In this document: positions 13,336-23,742 of the stretch, one piece after another
How the letters are laid out: each line of letters opens with the position of its first letter
Numbering within the stretch: the first letter of the stretch is position 1
Source of the DNA: Chromera velia
Taxonomy: Eukaryota
Direction of reading: 5' to 3'
Assembly (NCBI GenBank): GCA_018398765.1
Contig: JAHBMJ010000530.1
Coordinates: forward strand, 1-46,186
DNA length: 46,186 bases
The notes under the pieces: generated by a model
What the model was told of the DNA's origin: nothing
Databases searched by the model: none
Seen by the model: only the letters and a program-made list of their open reading frames with translations
Position numbers and translations under genes: made by a program

Positions 13336-14027
13336 CGCGTAAGAAAAAGACAGAGAGAAAGAGAGAGAGAGCGTGCTCTTTTACACAGACAAACACGATC
13401 CCCCCTCTCTCCCGCAGACAGGCTCACGAGCACATGCACACATACAAATAGAGAGAGACGCAGAGAGACGTACGTCGGGATCCTGTCCAAGTCTTCCCAT
13501 CAGCGTCACTTTGTTCAGGGAGCGTTCGCTCTGCAGGCACCAGAAGAACAAGGCTTTTTCAGAAAAGAAGAGCCTGTTACTTTTCTCCTGCAGAGAGAGA
13601 GGTTGGTTCACTGGAGGAGACGGCAAAAGAGCGAAGCAAGAAAAAAAAAGGAAACGAAAAAGAAAAAAGAACCACCAGGTTCAGGGACGAACGCATACAT
13701 ACATACGAGGAGGAGATTGGAAAATAGACGCACGAGACATCACTGGAGCCGCGATTTGCAAAACCGTGACACTGAAACAGAAAGACGCACCATGAACAGT
13801 TTCGTGCCGGGTTCTCTGACCCTCCCCGTCTCCCTCTCCTCCGTTCCCTCGAAGTCTCCGTAGAAGGACCGGAGCCTGCTGGTTCTCGGAGACAAGAACG
13901 GAGACGGCCTCTGGGCAAGTAGCGTGAAGGAAAAGCCATGCACACAAGTCAAGGCACAAAGAGCTAAGCCTGCCCACAGGAGAGGAGGACCAGTCATTCT
14001 GCGACACCGTGACCTTTGTGGTGCCAT
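10698..14027 (-). CDS. SSB: Bacterial-type single-stranded DNA-binding protein with N-terminal signal peptide + transit-like presequence (probably plastid-targeted); exons 14027..13791, 13530..13474, 12830..12759, 12350..12262, 11896..11835, 11476..11328, 10940..10698 (302 aa)
   Basis: The spliced product reads M-SERSLNKVTLMGRLGQDPDVRVMSSGERMASLNLATSETWKDKSTGDVRSKTEWHRVVVFDQALVDIVEKYARKGKKLYVEGSLQTRKWVGQDGTERFSTEVVLPKYRGELILLD, a classic SSB OB-fold, followed by a Gly/Ser-rich tail. All introns are GT-AG and the phases join to 909 nt. Exon 1 encodes hydrophobic LLWAGLALCALTCVHG followed by FSF and a Ser/Arg-rich stretch. Confidence 0.92.
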
Positions 14028-14494
14028 TTTGCCTGGGCAATCGCTTTCAATTTCCCCTATTCAATCTCAAGGGCAATCCACAGAAGTCTGATAAGCACTG
14101 ACCAGCTCAATCAGGAAACTCAACGCATCTCTGACATCACCCTATACCAGTCACTCAATCACTGGAGTGATTGACCGGAATGCATGGAGCCATCTCAGAC
14201 ATCTTTGCATGCGGCGGCGCGCCGCGCCCGGGTTCGTGTGGCGGCGCGCAGCATGACCACATAGCACGCGTGCCACGTCATCTCAAGCGCGCGTCACCAA
14301 ATTAACACAGACTCAGCGGCTGTGAAATTTTGTGAGATGTACACTTCAATGGCGCTGCAACATGCTGCAACCGGCTGCCGTCAGAGTCACGTGTATAAGA
14401 CAGTCGATCAAGGCGACACACACAGGTGCTCGATTCTTTGCTCCCATTACAGAGGAGTCTCGACTTGTCAAAACTCTGTTGCGAGGAAGCGGAA
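14028..14494. promoter_or_regulatory. Probable bidirectional promoter between SSB and ECH2
   Basis: The two predicted start codons are divergent and 467 bp apart. There is a central CpG-rich patch (~14210-14295). Confidence 0.45.
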
Positions 14495-15319
14495 ATGCCA
14501 AAGCCCGACAAGGTCAGTCTCATCAATTAACCCCCGTGGCTCCCTTCCCAGTCTTCCCTGGTCAAGGAGGAAACGGCATCTTTACCCTTCTCTGTGTCTT
14601 TTTTGTTGTTTCGCTCCCTTTCTTCCCCGCAGCGTTTGTTATTTTTTTTCTTGGTTTGCCGTCCCAGAAAAGGTGAGGCGGCAGAGCCGTCTCCTTCCAT
14701 TCAGATCGAGAGAGAAGTGTGCAAGAAAACATACTCGTAAATTTCTTCGAAGGCAACTGGCCCCATTTGATTTTGCACATCTTCGTGTTATACCCCTGCT
14801 TCGGTGATACGACGGGAGAGAGCTGTGGAGGGTCGATGGGGTGAGCGACACTGAAGGGAGCATGGACACAAGGGAAGCCAAAAATAAAAAATCAACACAC
14901 GTTCAAGGAAGCGACCTGTCTGAACCTCTATATTTTCCCCTTCTCTTTATCCTGCTTCATTTCGCTCCCTTCCCCCCTCCTGGTCGATCTTGCTCGCTTT
15001 CCAGGTGATTCCCTCCGAGTGCGCGGGATACTCCGTCGGTGAGACGACTGCCAGCTACGGTCCCAAGGATGTGATGCTGTACGCCCTGGGCCTGGGCGTC
15101 TCCACCGACCCTCTGGACCCTCTGGACCTGAAGTTCACGTACGAGAACGCTGAAGACTTCGCCCCTCTGCCCTCCTTTGCCGTTGTGCTGAGCTCCTTCG
15201 AGGATCTCTTCGGAGCCTTGACGGCCTGCCCGGGACTCCCGGAGTTCAATCCCATGATGCTCCTCCATGGGGAAGAGAAGGTGAGCAGAGATTGCCTCTC
15301 TCTCTCATTCTCTCTCCCC

Positions 15320-15383
<64 letters not shown>

Positions 15384-17709
15384 CAGAGAGAAGAGGTAGA
15401 GAGAGAGAGAGAGTCTCTTGTTGCCCTTTCAGATGGAACCCTGCACCGTTGAATCAGCGGGTTGACTGTGAGATCAATCAGTCACCAGACCCGCCCTTCC
15501 TTGCCCCACCCCCCACCGGAGCGGACCTCTCTCTCTCGTCTCTATTCTATAGAACAGCCACCACACGAACACAGAGCATGGAGAAGAAGCACGGTTCTGC
15601 GAGCATGTGTTTCTCCCTTCCTCCGTTCATGTGCACTCTGTTCAAGTCTTACTTGATCGACCTACTCTCGCAGGTGACTCTGTTCAAGTCGTTGGAGCCC
15701 GAGGCCGCTCTTGTCCACAAGGCCTCGATCAAGAACGTTTACGACAAGGGAAGCGGGGCTCTGCTGGTGGTCGTTGTGGAGTCGTTTGAACAGGACAGCG
15801 GGGAGAAAGTCAGTGAGGGAACGGTGAGGGTACAGCCGGGAAGGTTGGACGGGCAGGTCCACATAGGGCTCTCCTTTTTTGTGAGTGTGTGTCAGCCCAT
15901 CCATCGCCCTGTTATGACTTTTTGGTTCTGCTGTGAATGGATGAAATTGTCTCCTCTGTATCTGCTCTTTCTGTCTGTGCACGGGCTTGCGTTTCTGCAT
16001 GCATGTGGCAGTGAATCTGCGCGTCGCATGTTATTGTACACATGACTTTATTGAGTGAGTCATTCATTTTTCTTTCTGTCCACTTTCTCATTCGAGAACT
16101 GACGCTTTTTGGAGATGTTGCTCGCTTAATTGTCGAGTTGATCAACTAATTGCAGGTGTTGATGCTACATGCTGCCTGCGTTCACGTGTGCATGCCTGCT
16201 GTAACTTCTTCATGTGCGGCTGTTGTTGAAGAAGGAGCTCGAACTCCTTTGATTGACTGGATGGATGGATGGATGGATGGTTCCATTTTCTTCTTCTGTC
16301 TGTCTCCATTCATTCTTTCAGGTCTGCGCACTTGAGCATTCACTGTTCATCAGAGGCATCGGGGGCTTTGGAGGAGACAAGGGCCCCGCCCCTGCGTCCA
16401 ACAAACCGCCGAAAAGGGTCCCGGACGCGGTGTTCAAGAAAGAGACTTCAGCAAACCAGGCTCTCATCTACAGACTCTCTGGAGACATGAATCCCCTCCA
16501 CGCAGGTCGGTCTTGGTCGGCCAGTCAGATTCTTTCATCCACTGCTCATGCATTCAACCGCCTTCCCTTCCCTTCCCTCCCCGTCCCTTTTCTTCTCTTC
16601 TGTAGGTCAGAATGTATCGAGGAAGCCTGGCAGGGTGATGAATGTGTGTTTCCCTGAAGCTCTCTCCCATGCATGATAGTGAACCCGCTCCGGTGACTCA
16701 CTCTCTTTTCTGCATGGGGACACTCGCGTTTTCTCAGTCTGCAAGCTGTCGTGTGGTGTTCCTTCCGCGCGCGCGCACACACACACACACACCTCGATGG
16801 ATCGATCCTTTACTTCTTCCCCGCATCCATGCACACGCAGACCCCAACATGGCCGCCATGGGGGGCTTCGACAAGCCGATCTTGCACGGTCTTTGTTTCT
16901 TCGGCATCGCCACTCACGGAGTCGTCAGGGAGATGTGCGAGAATGACCCGTCCAGAGTTCTGTCGGTGGAGGGAAGGTCAGGCTGGCAATCTCGCAGTCA
17001 GAAGACAACTTTCACACAGTTTTCAACACACAGTCATCTTTAACGACACGCAAACAAAAACTCACTCACAACGCGACACACAGCTTGCCTGTCGAATGCC
17101 AAGATGGAGAAAAGAAGAAAAGAAAAGAGCAACGAAGCGGTCTGTATTGTTTTCCGTCTCTTCAGCTCTCCGGACTCTCTTCTTTGTCTGACGACTTTGC
17201 GGGATTCCCTCGCTCCTTCCTTCCTTCCTTTCTACCTCTCTGCCGGAACGAAGAAGAGGCGTGCCGGGATGTCACTGATTCAGAAAAGCTGGTATCTGTT
17301 TTTGTGTGTCTTTATTCATGACAGCCATACGACGCCATCATACCGTGAACGGTGGTTCAACGACTCTGAGTCAGGTAGGTGTATAGGGATGTCTCAGCCT
17401 TCGTGAGAATCGAGTGAACAAGAAAAGGGATGTATTTGAACATGCAAGCGTGTCCGTGTGCATTCACTCGTATGTCTATCTGCATGTGCATGTGTTCTAT
17501 GGGAGCGCGTAGATGAATATGTGTGTGTATCTAATTCCACGTGGGCATGCAGATTTGCTTCTCCCGTTCTTCCGGGAGACCCGCTGAGGGTTGAGATGTG
17601 GAAAGAGGGGGGCAGGGTGCTCTTCCAGGTGGTCAACGAGAGGACCAACAAAGTGTCTCTTGCCAACGGAGCAGTGGCACTGAGGGGACCCTCTCAGTCT
17701 TCTCTGTGA
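14495..17709 (+). CDS. ECH2: Peroxisomal (R)-specific 2-enoyl-CoA hydratase 2 (MaoC-like double hot-dog, stand-alone MFE-2 hydratase type); exons 14495..14512, 15005..15280, 15674..15808, 16322..16505, 16841..16976, 17553..17709 (301 aa)
   Basis: Motifs present: KDVMLYALGLG, LLHGEE, YDKGSGA, LFIRGIGGFGG, the hydratase-2 signature YRLSGDMNPLHADPNMA, PILHGLC and RFASPVLPG. The C-terminus is SSL* (PTS1 variant). GT-AG introns join in phase to 906 nt. The 18-nt first exon (MPKPDK) is the least certain part. Confidence 0.9.
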
Positions 17710-18004
17710 TGTCATTGATGAACCGGGACTGAATCCCTTCTGTTTTTCTTTTTTTTTTTAGAGAGAGAGAATAAGTGCCCACCCCAATGGCACGTGGCAG
17801 CTTACATTTTCGGGAGGAACGTGTTATTGTCACAGATCCATCGACGGATTGAGAGTGTGTGTCAAACGCCTCCCTCTTTTTCGCATCTTGAATTGCCAGT
17901 GCATGATTTGAGTGATTGAAGAGAGTAAAACAAATCAACGAAAAATTAATTGAGAGAGATATATGAAAAGGCAATAAGAGCACATTGAATCTATATACCA
18001 ATCT

Positions 18005-18650
18005 CCTTGAATGATTATTTCTCTTATATTAGCTCTAATAAATTGGATCTAGCATATAATGACTTGTTAATAGGTTTACATAGTGTATGCTCTAGTGGTA
18101 GTGACTAGTGCGGTATAGTACCGCTGACCTAGCTGCTGATAATGAATAATATTAATTGACTTAGGCGTTGGAGTACGTTGGAGCCGAGCTTTTGTTAGAA
18201 TTGTTACTCACCTAGTTACTCACTAGGTTACTCAATTGTACATATCGGATGATATCGCGGGGCAAGCCGGAACATTATCCTATCTTATAGATTCCTATAC
18301 GTTTTAAGAAAATTTTTAGATTTAAAAAAAATGGAGGGTAGATTGATCGAAAGTCGATCGTCATTCCCTAAAAAATTTTGGTGACCCTATAGCTATAGTG
18401 GTCTAGATAGTGGTTAATAGTGGTAATCATTCTACATAAAGTTTTAGATCATAGTTTAAACAATATTGAATACAATATAAATGCTAGAAGTAATGCTAGA
18501 AACGTGTTCTCCACCATGCTGGCCACCAATGGCCCGGCCACCATGCAGCCATTTTAAAATGATTTTTTATGCTAGAACTAGCCTAAAAGCGCTTCTAGCT
18601 AGAACTAGTTCTAGAAGCGCTTACTAAGACCTTTCTAAGACAGTAACAGG
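18005..18650. repeat. AT-rich, TAG/CTAG-rich degenerate sequence, probably an old TE remnant
   Basis: Abrupt drop in GC, no ORFs, dense CTAG/TAG, and short internal repeats (TTACTCAC, GCTAGAA). Confidence 0.4.
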
Positions 18651-20553
18651 ACTTTCCCCCCCTCCAAAGAGTCCAAACCACCTGCATGTTGCTACAGTCT
18701 GCGTCGCACAGTATCAAAACACAGTCCGTATTTGCACTGCGGACTATCAAGTCGGTCCGCCCCAGCGACTTCCATCGACCATCAAAAATCCTGTAGTATC
18801 ATGGACGTCTATCACTCGACTGTACTATATAGGCAATGTAGGCATGCAAAGGTAAAAGAGCGAGGCTAGGAGCGAGGACGAATACAACGAGAGAAGCAGG
18901 AAAAGCCTTACGCTTGGGGGAAAAAGAGTCGAACGAATTGAAAACGAAGCGACCCAACACTGGCCCAACAGTGGTCGTCGCAGCTTCGTTCCCTACAAAA
19001 CTCTCCCCCATCTACCCTCCCTGCCCCCCTTTAAATTTACGAAACAGAAACAGAAGAGCACACGCGCATCCTTTGTGTGATGAGGTGGACAGTCATCTCC
19101 TAGTTGCGTTGCCCTCTGTCTGTCTGGACTGCCTTCTGCTCCTGCACAAGGCCGAACGTGAAGAAAGCGCCCCATTCCTCCTGTCCTTCCTTCTTCAAAC
19201 AGAGGTTTTCAACAGAAGACCTTCTCGTTCGTTTCTTTCCACCCCCACACTTTCTTTCTTTCTGTCGCATTTGATTCCTTTCCTCCCGACCGAGAAGGCA
19301 GAGAGAAACACCTAGACTGCCTTGAGTCAGGACTTAGTCATAGAATAATTAAGAAGTGCTTTGGCAGGCAAAGAGAGGGACGAAGCAGAAAAGGTACATC
19401 AAAGCCATCATGCGAGACAAACACACAACATTCTACATTAGAAATCTCAAAGATGTTTCCATTCATCTTGATACCACACTCTTCGCGGCTTTCTGTCCAA
19501 CCTTCTCCCCCCAAGAAGAAAAGACCTCCAGTGCTTGCTGAGCTGTGAGAGGTTTTACACACGTACGATCGTATACCAAGTCGAATGAGAAGGCACAAAT
19601 GTCTCTCTGGATCACAACATTCTCTCCAGCTTCCTTCTTGGACAGAGGAAGAGACAGCACCACCTCTGACTTTGTTCTACCCCCCCCTAAATTCCCGTCT
19701 CACGTTGCTTCACCATCCGCTCTCGCTGGCACCACGTCTCGCCCCCATGTGCCTTGCAGCAGCGACGGTAGGTGAAGAAATCTCAGGTCGGATGCAAAAG
19801 AGGAGAGCATATGGTCAGATACTGATGTAAAGATACAGACACGAGGCACACACACACACACACCCACACACAGAGCAATCAAGCGTCTCCTTCGAGGTTT
19901 GGTGTCTGCACGCGGCGACGGGCACCTTGGTGGACAGCGACGCCACCGCACCACCCTATTTTCTCAGCCCCTGACGCCCGCCCGGCCCGGCATGCAGGAT
20001 GCATGTGCATGCATGAACGTTCCTATGCATACCGTGGATGAGTGAGACAGGCGGGGAGGGGGGGTTAGATTAGATATGGAAAGGAAGCAGGCGAGTTGTT
20101 CCGGAACGACAAAATAATAACAAAAAGAGGAAAAGCTCTACAGCTCTTTCCGTTTCCCCAGACAAACGAGTCCTCGACAAATTGCAGCGGTAAGGATCGC
20201 ACAGAAAACGCTGAGAACGCCTTTTCTTCTAACTGCATGACTGACTGAATTGACTGCGAAGAATCCACTCTGGAAACGGCAAACAGTACATGCAAGCAAA
20301 CAATTCAAAAAACAAGACCCAGATACACATGTGTAACGTCCCCTCCTCTCACTCCCCATCATCGACTTGCTTGTGTTCTTTTGTTTTCTTTAGCCAACCC
20401 AGAGGTGACTTCAATACCGCAAGAACGCATTGACAAGGCAAAGGGGAGAGCACTCAGTCGTCTTGTGCAGAGGAAAATTGAAGGAGGACGATTAAATAAA
20501 TGTAGGAAGAAACAGAACGATGAGGCAGTGAATTGCAAAGGGAAAACGAGAAG

Positions 20554-20591
<38 letters not shown>

Positions 20592-21248
20592 ACACACACA
20601 CACACACAGAGAGAGAGACACACACACACACGACGGTGTATTTCACAATCTGTTGGCGATCTGAGTTTTTGTCAATTGTTGTGCTCCGTCTGTTGATTTT
20701 TCTTTTGAAAAGAACCCACCAACAAGCCCACCACGGAGCCCACCTCTCACACAGCCACCAGAGGCGCTCCTAGGGGTCTCTAAGACACAGACCCCCGGCT
20801 TGAATAGGCAATTGTTTTGTATTGATGTGTGCTTTTGCATTCCTGAGTGATGTCATGTTTTGCAAATGGTGGACCACGGACGCTCACAGCCGACACACGT
20901 TTCCTGCTTCTTCCCTCCACCTTCTCATGTACACAAACAGACAGACAGACAGACAAAGAGAAGCATATACATACACAAGAGCACAGGAGATCCGGCTACT
21001 CTCTACGGTTAATTGTCTCCGTGCTCAGGAAAAGGCTACGCGTGCGCATTTCTTTTGCATTGTCAGACTGACGTAGGAAAGGAAAGGAGAGAGCTGCAGA
21101 AAAAACGTTATCCCTCACGGCATTGCAAGAAAGACTGGGGGGGGGGGCAGGGGAGGGAGAGAGAGAGTCTGTCTCTCATCACGCCCCAGTGACTGTCCCA
21201 CTCCCTTACATCGTTTCCGTTTCTCCTCTCGTACTGCATGCATGTCCC

Positions 21249-21360
21249 CTTTCCTTTCCTTTCCTCCCCTTTCCTTTCCTTTCCTTTCCTTTCCTTTCCT
21301 TTCCTTTCCTTTCCTGTCCTTTCCTCCCCTTTCCTTTCCTTTCGTTTCGTTTCCTTTCCT
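21249..21360. repeat. (TTTCC)n pentanucleotide microsatellite
   Basis: Imperfect TTTCC tandem run. Confidence 0.9.
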
Positions 21361-22057
21361 AGGAAGATAACTCCCCTTACCTCCCTAGGCTCTCCTCCGC
21401 TACCCTCACAGAGAGCTACGGTGAAGCTGCCCGACTTTTCACTTCCTTTTTCCTGCCGCCGTTCCTGTCCTCACATCATTCCTCGTCTCTCTCCTCCTCC
21501 ACCCCTGCAGCAGGCAACCCAAGAAGAAGGGAGGGAGGGAGAGAGGGAGGGCAACATGTAGTACAGCTCCAGACTGTCAGTCAGTCGGTGAATGAGATGA
21601 CAGCAGAGGAGAAAAGAAAAAAGAGGAGCAGAAAGGAAGGACAGCAAAAGGCAGGATCTAAACAGGTCAGTCGCTCACTTCAAAAGTTCTGAATGAGGAG
21701 AGGTCTCTGCTTCTTTCTTGTAAATCAATTCTTTTTTTTTTCTTCTTCTTTTTTCGCCAGGGCGTTCCTGTGGCTGATCTTCCTGCCTTCTCTCGGAACT
21801 TCACTTGAGTCTTTTTGCCTCTCTGGAGAAAAATACATGAAGAAAAACTTGAGCGAGGAAGCAAGCAAGCAAACAAACGAGACGCTGTGACAATTCGAGA
21901 AAGAACAAAATCACAACTTTCATTCCTCTTACACCCATTGACAGTCTTCCACTTTCCTCTTCTTGCTTCCCTACACCACAACATGCCAACGAAAGAAAGT
22001 AAATGGCTGGTTCGGGGGAACAGAAATGAAATGAAAAGAGCGGAAAATTCAGGGGAT

Positions 22058-22723
22058 TCACTGACCGAAGGAGCTCCAGGAATCCATCGCCGCAGAGGAC
22101 GAAGAGGCTGGCATTGACCCGCAGGTGGTTTCTTCAGTCCGCACCACTGTGTCATCGAAACCGCCTGCGGGAAATCCTACTGGTCCCACAACAAAATTCA
22201 CCTCGGTGTCGTCATCCAGATGAGGGAACGGCGGGGGGGAAAGCATAGAAGGATGCGGAGCCAAGGGCACAGGCACGTCCTGGAGATGGAGACGGTTGGC
22301 ATTTCCACCTTCCGAAGCGCCTTCGCGTGTTGGAAGGAGGGAAATATCAAGAAGGAAAGGAAGTCTCTCGCGCATTCTTTCGATGCGCCTTCGACGCGCA
22401 CCCCTTTCCCCGTCTTGTGCAACACTTTCTTGCCCGCTTTGCATTCTTTGGCGGTTATTCAGAAAGCGTGAATTCTGCACGGGACCGAGAACGACTGTCT
22501 GGGTGACTAGAGAAATCACTCTCGGGCGGTGAAGAGCGCAGGTGGGAGAGACTCTGTGCACCTCTTCTGGGGTTGCTCGTCGCATAGGAACTACAGGTTG
22601 GTCCGGGAAATCCATGATGAGGCATCGACCACAATCGCACACCATTTCAGAGGAAGTGGGTGCGGGGGAAGGGTTCGCGACTTCACGAGCCCACTCCGGA
22701 GTCTCAGGAAAAGTTGACGACAT
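22058..22723 (-). CDS. Hypothetical protein (probably first exon of a spliced gene), Cys-containing N-terminus
   Basis: 221-aa ATG-initiated ORF with protein-like composition (CDCGRC...CALH). A GTCAGT donor-like site lies just before the stop. A possible hydrophobic terminal exon lies near 20270..20138. No family recognised. Confidence 0.45.
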   Translation of the reverse strand: MSSTFPETPEWAREVANPSPAPTSSEMVCDCGRCLIMDFPDQPVVPMRRATPEEVHRVSPTCALHRPRVISLVTQTVVLGPVQNSRFLNNRQRMQSGQESVAQDGERGARRRRIERMRERLPFLLDISLLPTREGASEGGNANRLHLQDVPVPLAPHPSMLSPPPFPHLDDDTEVNFVVGPVGFPAGGFDDTVVRTEETTCGSMPASSSSAAMDSWSSFGQ

Positions 22724-23742
22724 CCTTCACTTGCTCGAAAAAATCTCGTCTCAGCAGTAAAGAAGAGAGGAAACACCGCTGACCGGCTCGTTCGTTTCAA
22801 CTTGAGTATCTCCACCGTCTTTACAGCCCCCCTTGCTTGACCACTGAAGCACAATCTATCCTGATGCTCTCCTAAGCAAGCAAGTAAATAAAAGCAAGAC
22901 AAGACTCCACTCAAGCCTTGTCTGCCTCCACTTCACATCCCTTCAAGTACATGGAAGACACTTGATTCAAAGGCTGACTTCCCTTCCTTCTTCCTCCATT
23001 CGCCATGCACCTAAGCAGCACCTTCTGGAGCCAAGAGTACAGATCGACTGCCCAGGCCGGGATAGGCCGGGTGAATCGGGATGATGATGGGATGATGATC
23101 AGAAATTTCATGAAATTCATTGAAATTCCGTCTCTGCGGGTTTTTTTTTGTGTCCCGTGGCATGCCGTGGCCCACGGCCGAGCCATGCCGAGCCTTGCCG
23201 AGCCAAAAGCCTGCATGCAGCATGCACCGGCCCAATTTGGCGGCATCATTGGCCCGGAAAGCGAAGCTGAGAGGGCACTTAACAAAAATTGCACACACGT
23301 CGCCTGATCGACGTTGACAGGAAGATCTGACGCACGCCAAGCAGGGCCCCGGAAAGACATTTCGCACTTACCAAATTTAAAGCAGGGGCAAGAAGAATTA
23401 ATTTCGCTTTCCGGGCCATTCGGAGTGCGTCAGATCGATCGGCGGGAAGATGTGGCGTGAAGTTTGTCGATCGTTATGCGACATTGAGTATGTCAGAGTG
23501 TGTGAGCGACACCCTTGCATGCTGCAATCAATGAGAGTTGTCTGCTGTCCATTAGCCACAGCTTTTCTGATTACGGTCTGTGAGCGCGCCTGCACCTAAA
23601 CCTGGAACGAGTGATACCTCCTGGAGCCGATTTTTGTTCCTCTGTCTCGACACACAGGAGTACGTCGAGTTCGATTTTACAATTTTAGACTCCAAATTTC
23701 TCACTCCGTGAGTCAGATTAAGGAGGAGCAGAAACAAGGAGC

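Noticed and set aside
14990..16045. 351-aa ORF as a single-exon protein
   Set aside because: It reads through two introns, including a (TG)n run; only 15005-15280 and 15674-15808 fit the hydratase.
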